DNA of 64,000 nucleotides from Macrostomum lignano (Eukaryota), in contig NIVC01003265.1 in assembly GCA_002269645.1 (NCBI GenBank), positions 1 through 64,000 of the forward strand. Reading direction: 5' to 3'. How positions within the stretch are numbered: the first letter of the stretch is position 1; every line of letters begins with the position of its first letter. A program made the position numbers and the translations under genes. Positions 31,967 to 44,498 of the stretch are shown piece by piece. The notes under the pieces were generated by a model that ran no database searches, had not been told where the DNA came from, and saw nothing but the letters and a program-made list of their open reading frames with translations.

Positions 31967-34632
31967 ATGACCAGCCAACCGCTGCAGCTGCCCCTGTCGG
32001 ATCCTCCGGCACCGGACGCTGATCCGGCCACCGTGGCCGCCGCCTTCTCGGCCTCTGAGCAGAAGCTGTCCGAATTCTCATTTAAACAGTTTAGCAATTT
32101 CCGGCCAGCCCTGGCCGAGCCGGAAGCGGACATTGGCCGGCTGTTGGCCCACCTGAGCCGGCCGGATCTGCCAACCGGCCTGGCCGTCCTCTGCCTTCGC
32201 TGCCTTCGCCTGCTGTGCCGCCATCGGCCCAACCTGGAAGCCTGCGACCCCGCCAGGTTCCTGGAGGCCGGCCTGGCCTGCCTGCTTGACCGAAGCGGCC
32301 TAGCCGACCTGGCCGATGGCGGCAAAGCTGAGCCGCAGCAGCGACCTGTCGAGGAGGTGACGGAGAGCCTGATGTGCCTGTGCAACCTCGGCATCCAGCT
32401 GGACGGCCTGGTGCAGCGGCTTGTCGACCTTCGCTGTCCAGCGGCGCTGCTCCGCCGGGCCGCCGGCCTCACCGCCGAGAGCCTCGAGCTGGACTGGCCG
32501 GCCTTCGACCTTCGCCTGCTGTTCCTGCTGGCCGCCAAGTGTCCGGCTGCCCGGCAGGACCTCCGGCTGCATCGCCGAGGCGTCGCTCAGCTCACCCAGC
32601 TGCTGCAGCTGGCCAGCGAGCCTCCGCTGCTCTCCGACAAGAGGTGCGACCTGCTTGGCGACCTGGTCAAAGTTCTCTACACACTGGCTGCCGGCACTGC
32701 GGGGCCCGGCGATAAAGACGATTCTTTGGTGAGCCACTCTTGGAGCTTTACTCACAGTCTTTGTCTCAGTCCTTGTTCTCAGTCCTTGTTCTTCGTATTT
32801 GTTCATAATGCTTGTTATTAGTCCTTTTTCTTAGTCTTTGTTCTTAGTCCTTGTTGTTAGTCGTTGTTCTTAGTCTTTATTCTTAGTCTTTGTTCTTAGT
32901 CCTTGTTCTTAGTCCTTGTTCTTAGTCTTTGTCTTAGTCTTTATCTTAATCCTTGTTGTTAGTCCTTGTTGTTAGTATTTGTTGTTAGTCCTTGTTCTTA
33001 GTCCTTGTTCTTAGTCCTTGTTCTTAGTCCTTCTTAGTCCTGCCCCTCCTTGCAATCGCTTCCAGGCCGAGGGCGAGGAGACCGCCTTCCATCAGCTGGC
33101 GGGACTGCTGCGCCGCCTCCTGCTGGCTGACTGCACCAGCCCAGACAGACGGGACCGCCTCACCCAGCACTGCGTCAGCCTGCTGCTCTGCCTGCCGCGG
33201 GACAGCTTCGACCGCCTGCTTAGCGAGGACGTCCCAGCCGCCGCTTCTTCAGCAGCGTCGACAGCGTCCAACTTTGAAGGCAAAGGCGTTGAAGCCATCG
33301 ATGTTGTGCTGAACCTGCTGGACACTCGGCTGGCTCTGTTCTCGGCCTCGTGCACCGCCGACCCGGCCGCCGTCGCTGCCGTCCTGCCGGCGGGGGTCAG
33401 CCTGACTGGCGGCGCCTTGGAGAACCTAGTGCCGGTGCTGTCCGCCCTGTTCGAGGCCTGCCGGTCTTCGCGGACCATTCGGCGATACTGCAAGCACCGG
33501 CTGCTGCCCAGGCGGAGCTCCGATCAGATGGCCCAGCTGCCCGAGGAAGGTCAGCAGGTCTCCTGATTGCTGACCCACCTGTGTGATTGATGACCCATCT
33601 GTGTGATTGCTGACCTACCTGTGTGATTGCTGACCCACCTGTGTGATTGCTGACCCACCTGTGTGATTACTGACCCACCTGTGTGATTACTGACCCACCT
33701 GTGTGATTGCTGACCCACTTTTGCGATTGCTGACCTACCTGTGTGATTACTGACCCACCTGTGTGATTACTGACCCACCTGTGTGATTGCTGATACATAT
33801 CAGATTCTTGACCTACCAGTGCAGTCTATGACCCAGTTGTCCCATCGCTAACCAAGTTCACCTTGCTAACCAATTTGCCTGGTTTATCTCTGCTCAAAAT
33901 TTGCAATAGTGAGTACTGCAGCTCCCACCATTCCCGCGCAGGCGCCTCCATGCGCAGCCGCCTGTGCCGCACGCTGACGCACCCGTGCACCCAGGCTGCC
34001 GACATGGCCGCCTCGCTGGTGCACGCGCTGTGCAAGGCCAGCATCGCCAAGGCTGTCCGCCACACCGGCTACGGCAACTTCGCCGGCTTCCTGGCCCGCC
34101 GCGGCCTTCTGGCTGCCGGTCCGTCGGCTGGGGACTCAACGGTGTACAGCTCCGACTCCTCCGGAGACGGCGAGGACGAGGACGAGGATGATGGAGCGGG
34201 GGCTGCCGATCAACAGGGCGGCGCGGCGGACGGAGACAAGGCAAACGGAGGTAGGCAGACATAGGCAGACAGACTGACAGACAGACAGACAGACATCACG
34301 AAGACAGTACGACACTAAAATGATTTCTCCCCCCGCTTACCACAGCGGCCAGCTGGTCCTACAACCCCGTCACGGGCCGCCGCGAGCCGCCCCGGCCAGA
34401 TCCCACGGCCGGCATGACCGAGGAGCAGAAAGAGTTCGAGGTGCACCGGATCATGCAAGCGATCGACCGGCTGCAGGCCACCGGCGTCATCAGCCCGGCT
34501 GTTATCGGCGAGGACGGCCGACCCTGCCCGGTGAGCCACCCGCTGGAGCTGATGGACCGCCTGGCCGAGCAGTCGGGCGGCAAGCGACGCGAGGGTGGCG
34601 GCGGGGAGGAGAGCAGCGACAGCGATGGGTAG
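31967..34632 (+). CDS. RIC8: Ric-8/synembryn G-alpha GEF/chaperone, 613 aa, 4 exons
   Basis: Exons 31967-32728, 33066-33549, 33942-34250 and 34346-34632 (phases 0, 1, 1 consistent). Motifs ESLMCLCN, FDLRLLFLL, HTGYGNFAGFLARRGL and YNPVTGR...GMTEEQKEFE match human RIC8A YTGYGNAAGLLAARGL and NPVTGR..GMTEEQKEHE. Confidence 0.95.
32820..33035. repeat. 13-bp TTAGTCCTTGTTC minisatellite, RIC8 intron 1
   Basis: Direct reading. Confidence 0.9.
33565..33795. repeat. 20-bp CTGACCCACCTGTGTGATTG minisatellite, RIC8 intron 2
   Basis: Direct reading. Confidence 0.92.
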
Positions 34633-36630
34633 AATTGAACTACTTTGTTAGCGCATGCCCTGTGCATCGAAGCAATTACCATTGGATCAGAACCTTTGAC
34701 AGCCACCATGGGGCAGAGAACCCTTGACAGCCACCGGAGCAGAACATTTGACATGCTTATATATTAGTTCAAATCTTGACTCGTTAGTTACCATTTGTTA
34801 TAATGTCTGTTGTCAGTCTATTACTGATTGATCGACATCTTGCTATCAACACAGCTTTCTCTCATATCTCTCTGCTTCATCGGTTTCAAACGCAATTTTG
34901 CACTGTAAAGAGAAAGTTTTGAGTCATTTGTGAAAATTGCAAAAGCAGTTTCGTGTCTTTCTACACTTCAGTCTGTTCTGATTACTATTATTATCTTGGA
35001 ATGCTTGTATCAAATTTTTTAAACTTTTTTTCATGAAGTTTTTGTCCTTTTTAAAGCTTCTTAGTTGTGTCATTGTTATAAAAACGATATATTAACCACT
35101 TGTTTGTCCTTGCATTACGAGTATATGACAATAAATTATTAATTTTTTTACAACTCGAATATGATTATATTTATTTATATAAATTTGTACCTCTAAAATG
35201 CTTGCATACACTTACGCCGGGTTTAAATACAAAACGATACCCCATTGTTAGCCACACTTGATATTTGTGTCGTTTCTATGATGTGAGCTACAGTTCTTTA
35301 ATTCATTTCAATAAGTTTAACATATTGTGTATGTGGACTAGCCATTGACCCCCCCACTGGGGAACTTAACTTATTGTGTATATGGACTAGCCATTGACCC
35401 CCACTGGGGAGCTTAACTTATTGTGTATATGGAATAGCCATTAAACTAGCTTATTTATTAGTGCCCTATGTGATCTAAAAGCGACATAGTTATTTTGTTT
35501 AACTTAAGAAAAATTTACATTATATTCATACATTTATCGACGACCTATTCACTACATAATTAATGCTTTGACCCTATGAGCACAGACTCAGATGTTTTTT
35601 ATTAGGTCCCTATGACCTACTCTCTACATATAATTATGACTGACTTTATGACCTATTCGCTGACCATGATCCTCCTTTAATGCATGCCGTGTTTCGGCAT
35701 GGAGGCGGCGTCACAGAGAGCGGGGGCGGAAGACGGTGGCCGCGGCAACGGCGGTCCTTGGCGCGGATTCTCCGGCGTCTTTGCCGGGTTTGCCGGTGCC
35801 GATTCGGTCGCCGGAGCCGGTTGGTCCGAAGGCGGCGGCCTGCTGCACCGCCTGCTGGGGACTCAGTGGGTGACCACCGCGGCGGCATCGAAGGCGGCGG
35901 CCGCGGCCTACGGAGGTCCGGGCGGCAACCCGGGGGCCGCAACCGGAAGTGCTCGGCCGTCTATCGCGACCTCAACGCTGTGGCGCCTTCGGGTTTCTGA
36001 TGATTGTGGTTTTTGGGCTGTCATTTCGAACTGCGAACGGGCCTTTGTCGGTTTTGGAATCGCCCTGAGCATCCACTCCTGAATCACCCTGAAGTATCAC
36101 CCTGATTAATCACCCCTGAAGAATCACCCCTTCGAATCGCCCCTGAAGACTCACCCCTGAAAAATCGCCCTTGAATTGCCCCTGCAAGAATCGCCCTGAC
36201 GAAAATTGCCCATAAGAATCGCCCTGATTTCGTCTCTGTACTAGCGAGTTGCTTGCATCTCCAGCAAAGCCTGACTACTCCGAAGTTCGGGAATCGTAGC
36301 TCATTAATTACCTTTTTATGAATTGCGTGTAACTGTACTAGTATATGCTGTTAATTAAGCCAGTTGTTTTCTTAGCGTAAAAATCTATCTTTCGATACAT
36401 ATCGGCCGTTAAGAATTTTAAAATCTCTTTAATTGTAGCATTAAATAAATAATATTGTTCCGCGGTTTCTTTCGCATAATCTCCTACAAAATTTTATTGA
36501 CGGTTACGTATGACGAGAGGTGACTCGTATAACTAATCTAAGCGTTTGGTAATAAGATACAATGCACTGCTTTTTACAGCAGAATCTAATTACTTCCTGG
36601 TTTTCAGCTCAACTTCTTGGGTTAAATTAA

Positions 36631-37315
36631 ACTGACACCAACCATAATCCCTACTGACACCAACCATAATCCCTACTGACACCAACCATAATCCCTACTG
36701 ACACCAACCATAATCCCTACTGACACCAACCATAATCCCTACTGACACCAACCATAATCCCTACTGACACCAACCATAATCCCTACTGACACCAACCAGA
36801 ATCCCTACTGACACCAACCAGAATCCCTACTGACACCAACCAGAATCCCTACTGACACCAAACAGAATCCCTACTGACACCAACCATAATCCCTACTGAC
36901 ACCAACCATAATCCCAACTGACACAAACGGGAATCCCAACTGACACAAACGGAATCCCAACTGACACAAACGGGAAGCCCAACTGACACAAACGGGAATC
37001 CCTACTGACACAAACGGGAATTCCAACTGACACAAACGGGAAGCCCAACTGACACAAACGGGAAGCCCAACTGACACAAACGGGAATCCCAACTGACAAA
37101 AAACGGAATCCCAACTGAGACAAACGGGAATCCCAACTGACACAAACGGGAAGCCCAACTGACACAAACGGGAATCCCAACTGACAAAAAACGGAATCCC
37201 AACTGAGACAAACGGGAATCCCAACTGACACAAACGGGAATCCCAACTGACACAAACGGGAATCCCAACTGACACAAACGGGAATCCCAACTGACTCAAA
37301 CGGGAATCCCGCTGA
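36631..37315. repeat. 22-bp minisatellite with two unit types (CTGACACCAACCATAATCCCTA then CTGACACAAACGGGAATCCCAA)
   Basis: Direct reading; the unit type switches near 36915. Confidence 0.95.
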
Positions 37316-37413
37316 CTCTACTATCTACAACTGCTTGTACTTCATTCACTTTGCTTACTGCTGTCAATATCTTACTAGCCAGTAGTAAATATTGCGCTTG
37401 ATCTTTTTGTTGC

Positions 37414-38643
37414 ATGCCGCGACTCGCCGCCCTGGAGCTGGTCGCTTCAGTCGCCATGGCAGCGGCCTGTTTGTCTGCGCCGGCGGCCGCCTCGGAGCCG
37501 GAGGAGGCCACGGCCAGCGCGAAGCTCCGCCTGCTGTCGCTGCCGCCCGACGATCGGACAGCGGCCGCCGGCCTTGACGCCTGCCTTCGGGCCGAGCCGC
37601 GGCTGAGCTGCGTCTGGACTCTGATGCTGGCCGGCGGAGGCGGGTTGCGCTCCCTCAGGTGCCACAACGACGGGGCGCTGAGTTGCCGGTCCGATGCAGC
37701 GCACTCGGAGCCGACTGGGTGAGTCTTACGGGCTCTACTACAGAATCTGACAGTTTCTACTACAGAATCTGACAGTTTCTACTACAGAATCTGACAGGCT
37801 CTACTACAGAATCTGACAGGCTCTACTACAGAATCTGACAGGTTCTACTACAGAATCTGACAGGTTCTACTACAGAATCTGACAGGCTCTACTACAGAAT
37901 CTGACAGTTTCTACTACAGAATCTGACAGTTTCTACTACAGAATCTGACAGTTTCTACTACAGAATCTGACAGGTTCTACTACAGATTCTGACAGGCTCT
38001 ACTACAGAATTTGACAGGCTCTACTACAGAATCTGACAGGCTCTACTACAGAATTTGACAAGCTCTACTACAGAATCACAGCACCATCGCCCATTGAATT
38101 ACCCGCAGCTCCTCAGCCTCCTGCGGCGGCTGTCCCGACTGCCTGAAACTATTCAGAGACATCAGCGGCGACAGCGGCGCCGACCTGAAAGTCGGCTGTC
38201 TGTGCTCCTGCGCCCCGGCCGAAGCCGATGACCCCCCGGCCAACCGGACCTACCCGTGCGGCGCCGACCCGGCTGGCGCCTGCGGCTCCGGACAGCAGCT
38301 GTCTGAGGAGGAGGCGCCAGCGCAGAGCAGCTACCTGCTTGTGGGCCCCCTGGCCGGCCTGGCCGTCATGGCCGCCATCGGCTTCCTGGTGCTGCGCCGA
38401 AACCACATCTGCCGGAGCACAGACCCGCCCCGCATCACCGGCCAGATTGAGTTCGCCTTTTCCGCTGAGCAACAGCAGCCTCGCCAGTCTGTGGGCTCCG
38501 ATCGGAGCGGCGGCGGCGGCGGCGGCGGGCGGAGGGAGAGCTGCACCAGGTGCGGCGCAGTGCGAGTTGAGGTCACCGGCCCGGACTCCGCTGCCGAGGA
38601 AGCGGCGCAGGAGCTGATGGAGCCGGCTGAGAAGCTGGGATGA
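37414..38643 (+). CDS. Uncharacterised type I membrane protein with Cys-rich ectodomain, 279 aa, 2 exons
   Basis: Exons 37414-37718 (donor gtgagt, phase 2) and 38109-38643 (acceptor cccgcag). Signal-like N-terminus, 12 ectodomain Cys (including SCGGCPDC and GCLCSC), an NRT sequon, TM YLLVGPLAGLAVMAAIGFLVL followed by RR, and a short cytoplasmic tail. Confidence 0.75.
37735..38077. repeat. 22-bp CTACTACAGAATCTGACAGGCT minisatellite filling the intron
   Basis: Direct reading. Confidence 0.95.
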
Positions 38644-38671
38644 ATATTTCCAAGTGTTTGCTTATTATATT

Positions 38672-39235
38672 ACTGGAGTGCCAGCCTCTGTTCTGCATCA
38701 CTCCTTCACTAGGGAACACTGGAGTGCCAGCCTCTGTTCTGCATCACTCCTTCAGTAGGGAACACTGGAGTGCCAGCCTCTGTTTTGCATCACTCCTTCA
38801 CTAGGGAACACTGGAGTGCCAGCCTCTGTTCTGCATCACTCCTTCAGTAGGGAACACTGGAGTGCCAGCCTCTGTTCTGCATCACTCCTTCACTAGGGAA
38901 CACTGGAGTGCCAGCCTCTGTTCTGCATCACTCCTTCACTAGGGAACACTGGAGTGCCAGCCTCTGTTCTGCATCACTCCTTCACTAGGGAACACTGGAG
39001 TGCCAGCCTCTGTTATGCATCACTCCTTCACTAGGGAACACTGGAGTGCCAGCCTCTGTTATGCATCACTCCTTCACTAGGGAACACTGGAGTGCCAGCC
39101 TCTGTTCTGCATCACTCCTTCACTAGGGAACACTGGAGTGCCAGCCTCTGTTCTGCATCACTCCTTCACTAGGGAACACTGGAGTGCCAGCCTCTGTTAT
39201 GCATCACTCCTTCACTAGGGAACACTGGAGTGCCG
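38672..39235. repeat. 46-bp tandem repeat, about 12 copies
   Basis: actggagtgccagcctctgttctgcatcactccttcactagggaac, period 46. Confidence 0.95.
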
Positions 39236-39625
39236 TAGCCCAAGGTCAAGCGCGGCGCTCTGATGTGCCAGCGGCCCAGGCTCGATTCCAAGTGCAGTGA
39301 CATTAATTTGGGGTCAAAATTGGAATCTCGGCTTGGCTCTGCTCGTGCAATTAACACCCTTGAAGGCCAACCCCCAAGGCACAGTGAAGTGTACATGCCT
39401 AACGATAAATAAAGTAGGGCCGCTGTACACTGTATCCTTGCGCTTGCTCAGGGGGGGGCAGTAATGCCTCTCGCCGGTTGTGAGACAATGTCGGTTAGAG
39501 TGCGCCAGGGCGCATCCAGTGTCCCCGCATTTCTCCTCAGTAGTGAGTAGCGCATGCTTTATGCCAGGTGTTGTTCTTGACAGTAAGCCGAGTCCGTATT
39601 ATCGCAGCTATATTTATTATTAATA
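39232..39625 (+). mobile_element. Probable tRNA-derived SINE
   Basis: A-box-like TAGCCCAAGG at 39236 and B-box GGCTCGATTCC at 39279; ends in a tatttattattaat tail and truncates the 46-bp array. Confidence 0.4.
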
Positions 39626-40044
39626 GATGGATAAATTCGATATGCATTTTGCTTGTAATTGATGCCACAGAACTTTAATAATATAAACTGTTTATTCAAA
39701 TCATTCTTAATGAATTTTTATTACCGCTGCTATCATATTAATGTACATACAGAACTCACTGTGCTCACCTCAGCGCGGGCTCTAGTCATACCCGGACCTT
39801 TTTTGTCACCGTTTTATCAATCTGTCCGTTGTACCGCTTCTGTCTTGTTTTATCAATTTGCGATTTTTGTTTTTACTCCCGCGATTCCTGCGCATGCGAG
39901 TCCCGTTTTAATCGAAAATTTATAAAATATATACAAGCAGCGCACACAATAGCAACCATTGCTTCACACAGACAGCTCTTCTCCCCGCATTGGCGGGCTG
40001 CAACCATTCCTATTGTCTCCGCTTACGCATTCATGGGGATTTTG

Positions 40045-41270
40045 ATTTATGAGAATCCTTGTGTGATTTATGAGAATTCTTGTGTGATTTATGAGAATTC
40101 TTGTGAGATTTATGAGAATTCTTGTGAGATTTATGAGAATTCTTGTGAGATTTATGAGAATTCTTGTGAGATTTATGAGATTCTTGTGTGGTTTATGAGA
40201 ATTCTTGTGAGATTTATGAGAATTCTTGTGAGATTTATGAGATGCTTGTGAGATTTAAGAATTCTTTTGAGATTTATGAGATGCTTGGGAGATTTATGAG
40301 AGTTCTTGTGAGATTTATGAGAATTCTTGTGAGATTTATGAGAATTCTTGTGAGATTTATGAGAATTCTTGTGAGAATTAGAAGAAATCTTGTGTGATTT
40401 ATGAGAATCCCTGTGAGAATTATGAGAGTTCTTGTGAGATTTATGAGAATTCTTGTGAGATTTATGGGAATTCTTGTATGATTTATGAGAATTCTTGTGT
40501 GATTTATGAGAATTCTTGTGAGATTTATGAGAATTCTTGTGAGATTTATGAGAATTCTTGTGTGATTTATGAGAATTCTTGTGTGATTTATGAGAATTCT
40601 TGTGAGATTTATGAGAATTATTGTGTTATTTATGAGAATTCTTGTGAGATTTATGAGAATTTTTGTGTGATTTATGAGAATTCTTGTGAGATTTATGAGA
40701 ATTCTTGTGAGATTTATGAGAATTATTGTGTGATTTATGAGAATTCTTGTGAGATTTATGAGATGATTGTGAGATTTATGAGAATTCTTGTGTGATATAT
40801 GAGAATTCTTGTGAGATTTATGAGAATTCTTGTGAGATTTATGAGAATTCTTGTGAGATTTATGAGAATCCTTGAGATTTATGAGAATTCTTGTGAGATT
40901 TATGAGAATTCTTGTGAGATTTATGAGAATTCTTGTGAGATTTATGAGAATTCTTGTGAGATTTATGAGAATCCTTGAGATTTATGAGAATTCTTGTGAG
41001 ATTTATGAGAATTCTTGTGAGATTTATGAGAATCCTTGAGATTTATGAGAATTCCTGTGTGATTTATGAGAATTCTTGTGAGATTTATGAGATGATTGTG
41101 AGATTTATGAGAATTCTTGTGTGATATATGAGAATTCTTGTGAGATTTATGAGAATTCTTGTGAGATTTATGAGAATTCTTGTGAGATTTATGAGAATTC
41201 TTGTGAGATTTATGAGAATTCTTGTGAGATTTATGAGAATCCTTGAGATTTATGAGAATTCTTGTGAGAT
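40045..41270. repeat. 21-bp GATTTATGAGAATTCTTGTGA minisatellite upstream of RPA3
   Basis: Direct reading. Confidence 0.97.
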
Positions 41271-41357
41271 TCGGAGACAGTCAAGTCTGTGGACGGATTC
41301 ACAGCATACCGCTCCTCAGCAGCCGCCCCACCCTCCAGTTGCAGCCCCCATCAGGTC

Positions 41358-42503
41358 ATGAGCGATGAGCTGTACTTCTATGACGACCGGGCAGACTCTG
41401 CGGTCACCGGCCGTCGCTGCCGCGTCAACGGCCGCCTGCTGACTGCGGGCGCCGGAACTTCCGCGGCCGGAGCTCCGGTCGTCCTCCTGGGCCGGGTGGC
41501 CTCCGCCAGCAGCGACTCGCCAACCGGCAGCCGCTGGACGGTGACCGCCTCCGACTCCGTGGAGGTTCGGGTCGCCTTCGCCAGAGGCGCCACGGCGCCT
41601 GAGGTTGCGCCCGGGCAGCTGGTGGAGATCGTGGGGCTGGTGGCGTCCGGCCCGACTGCCAGGTGCGTTCTGGGGAGTGCGGAGACCACCTTGCCTTGCC
41701 GCTCTCCCAGATCTTCGGTTGCTAGGCTACCGCCACCCTCCAGTTCCCTAGTTGCTGGGCCAGCCTCGCAGGTCCCCAGTTGCTGGGCTAGCCTCCCAGA
41801 TCCCCAGTTGCTGGGCCAGCCTCGCAGGTCCCCAGTTGCTGGGCCAGCCTCCCAGATCCCCAGTTGCTGGGCCAGCCTCCCAGATCCCCAGTTGCTGGGC
41901 TAGCCTCCCAGATCCCCAGTTGCTGGGCCAGCCTCCCAGGTCCCCAGTTGCTGGGCCAGCCTCCCAGATCCCCAGTTGCTGGGCCAGCCTCCCAGATCCC
42001 CAGTTGCTGGGCCAGCCTCCCAGATCCCCAGTTGCTGGGCCAGCCTCCCAGGTCCTCAGTTGCTGGGCCAGCCTCCCAGATCCCCAGTTGCTGGGCCAGC
42101 CTCCCAGATCCCCAGTTGCTGGGCCAGCCTCCCAGATCCCCAGTTGCTGGGCCAGCCTCCCAGATCCCCAGTTGCTGGGCCAGCCTCCCAGATCCCCAGT
42201 TGCTGGGCCAGCCTCCCAGATCCCCAGTTGCTGGGCCAGCCTCCCAGATCCCCAGTTGCTGGGCCAGCCTCCCAGATCCCCAGTTGCTGGGCCAGCCTCC
42301 CAGATCCCATAAGCCCATCTATCCTAGCTTAGCCAGTTCATCAGCCCCCGCCCGCCTCTGCCCGCAGTCCGGAGATCCGAGTCACAGAGTCGGCCACGGT
42401 GTTCTCCGACTCGCAGAGCTCCAGCTTCGACATGGACTTGTACAACTCGGCCGTCGAGATCACGGAGAGGCTGCCCCGGTGTTACTATACCCAGCAGACT
42501 TGA
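41358..42503 (+). CDS. RPA3: Replication protein A 14-kDa subunit, 146 aa, 2 exons
   Basis: Exons 41358-41662 (phase 2) and 42368-42503. RCRVNGRLL, PVVLLGRV, LVEIVGLV and FDMDLYNSAVEITERLPRCY match human RPA3 RINAGML, PVCFVGRL, IVEVVGRV and [20 protein letters not shown]. Confidence 0.9.
41745..42307. repeat. 28-bp CCCAGTTGCTGGGCCAGCCTCCCAGATC minisatellite, RPA3 intron
   Basis: Direct reading. Confidence 0.97.
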
Positions 42504-42756
42504 TGAGATTGCACGTGACTGGCTATCGAAAAGAAACCGAACAATCCGTTTACGTCTGTTTTGAAACTAAATACGAGCTAATTGCATTTCTGTAAATGCT
42601 GTCTTCTTATTTTAAACTTTTCAGATCGAATACTTGTTGTTAAGCGAAGTTCCAGATAACTGCAAAATATAGCCGAGTTTTTGAGCCCAGTTTGAATGAA
42701 TGACCTAAATTGTCACTGCTTTTGTGAGTTGTTCTCTAAGATTCTTATTGAAACCG

Positions 42757-43620
42757 AGCTCAGAGACCGGCTCAGTGACATGGGGCACTGATTCCCTGAT
42801 TGGGCACTGAGCTCAGAGACTGGCTCAGTGACTTGGAGCACTGATTCCCTGATTGGGGCACTGATTCTGATTGGGGCACTGATTCCCTGATTGGGGCACT
42901 GATTCTCTGATTGGGGCACTGATTCTCTGATTGGGGCACTGATTCTGATTGGGGCACTGATTCCCTGATTGGGGCACTGATTCTCTGATTGGGGCACTGA
43001 TTCCCTGATTGGGGCACTGATTCTCTGATTGGGGCACTGATTCTCTGATTGGGGCACTGATTCCCTGATTGGGGCACTGATTCCCTAATTGGGGCACTGA
43101 TTCCCTGATTGGGGCACTGATTCTGATTGGGGCACTGATTCCCTGATTGGGGCACTGATTCCCTGATTGGGGCACTGATTCTGATTGGGGCACTGATTCC
43201 CTGATTGGGGCACTGATTCCCTAATTGGGGCACTGATTCCCTGATTGGGTCACTGATTCCCTAATTGGGGCACTGATTCCCTGATTGGGGCACTGATTCC
43301 CTAATTGGGGCACTGATTCCCTGATTGGGGCACTGATTCCCTGATTGGGACACTGATTCCCTGATTGGGTCACTGATTCCCTGACTGGGGCACTGATTCC
43401 CTGATTGGGGCACTGATTCCCTGATTGGGCACTGATTCCCTGATTGGGGCACTGATTCCCTGATTGGGACACTGATTCCCTGATTGGGTCACTGATTCCC
43501 TGACCGGGGCACTGATTCCCTGATTGGGACACTGATTCCCTGATTGGGTCACTGATTCCCTGACTGGGGCACTGATTCCCTGATTGGGGCACTGATTCCC
43601 TGATTGGGGCACTGAGCTCA
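42757..43620. repeat. 20-bp GATTCCCTGATTGGGGCACT satellite, block 1
   Basis: Direct reading; interspersed with a longer GAGCTCAGAGACTGGCTCAGTGACTTGGAGCACT unit. Confidence 0.95.
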
Positions 43621-44119
43621 GCTCAACGCCGCCGAGTCCAGAAGGCCAGACCAAATGGGACAGGTGAACCGCAAGTGCCACGCCCAAAGGGCAGGCACTG
43701 CAGACAGGCAAGAAAAGAAATCCAACCGAAGTTGGCCCGCACTGAGCCCTGAGCGAGGCCGCTCTGCTGATAGCTCGGAGTCACCTAGGGCCAAGCTCAA
43801 GCATCAGCTGACTTCAACGTCGTTCAAAGGGTCGAAAGCGGCACGGCCTGGCACAACAAAGACTTGAAGCGCTGCGGGAGCAACTGCTGGCTACTTAGCT
43901 CGCGCTTGAAGTCTGTGATTAGATAAGCATCTGCACTCTGCTTCTGGGGCGAAGGTTCAAAGATTGCGACATTGTGCTGCTCGTTTATCTTGCTGTTATC
44001 TTTATGATCTGCATGTGACCATGATTCAGCATTATGTGTACAAAGAGTTGAGACAGTTGAGAGAGAGAGGAGCTCGAAGTTAAGTCTGGAGAAAAGTTTA
44101 CTCGGATATACACATGCGT

Positions 44120-44475
44120 ACTTGGGGCACTGATTCCCTGATTGGGGCACTGAGCTCAGAGACTGGCTCAGTGACTTGGAGCACTGATTCCCTGATTGGG
44201 GCACTGATTCCCTGATTGGGGCACTGATTCCCTGATTGGGGCACTGAGCTCAGAGACTGGCTCAGTGACTTGGAGCACTGATTCCCTGATTGGGGCACTG
44301 ATTCCCTGATTGGGACACTGATTCCCTGATTGGGACACTGATTCCCTGATTGGGGCACTGAGCTCAGAGACTGGCTCAGTGACTTGGAGCACTGATTCCC
44401 TGATTGGGGCACTGATTCCCTGATTGGGGCACTGAGCTCAGAGACTGGCTCAGTGACTTGGAGCACTGATTCCCT
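44120..44475. repeat. 20-bp GATTCCCTGATTGGGGCACT satellite, block 2 (higher-order organisation)
   Basis: Same units as 42757-43620. Confidence 0.95.
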
Positions 44476-44498
44476 GACAATGATCCCTGACAGTGATC

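Noticed and set aside
36915-37310. GGGAATCCC NF-kB-like site array
   Set aside because: The motif is simply part of the satellite unit and there is no independent evidence for function.
39232-39300. Functional tRNA gene
   Set aside because: A/B-box-like motifs are present but no acceptor stem or anticodon arm can be folded; treated as a SINE head.
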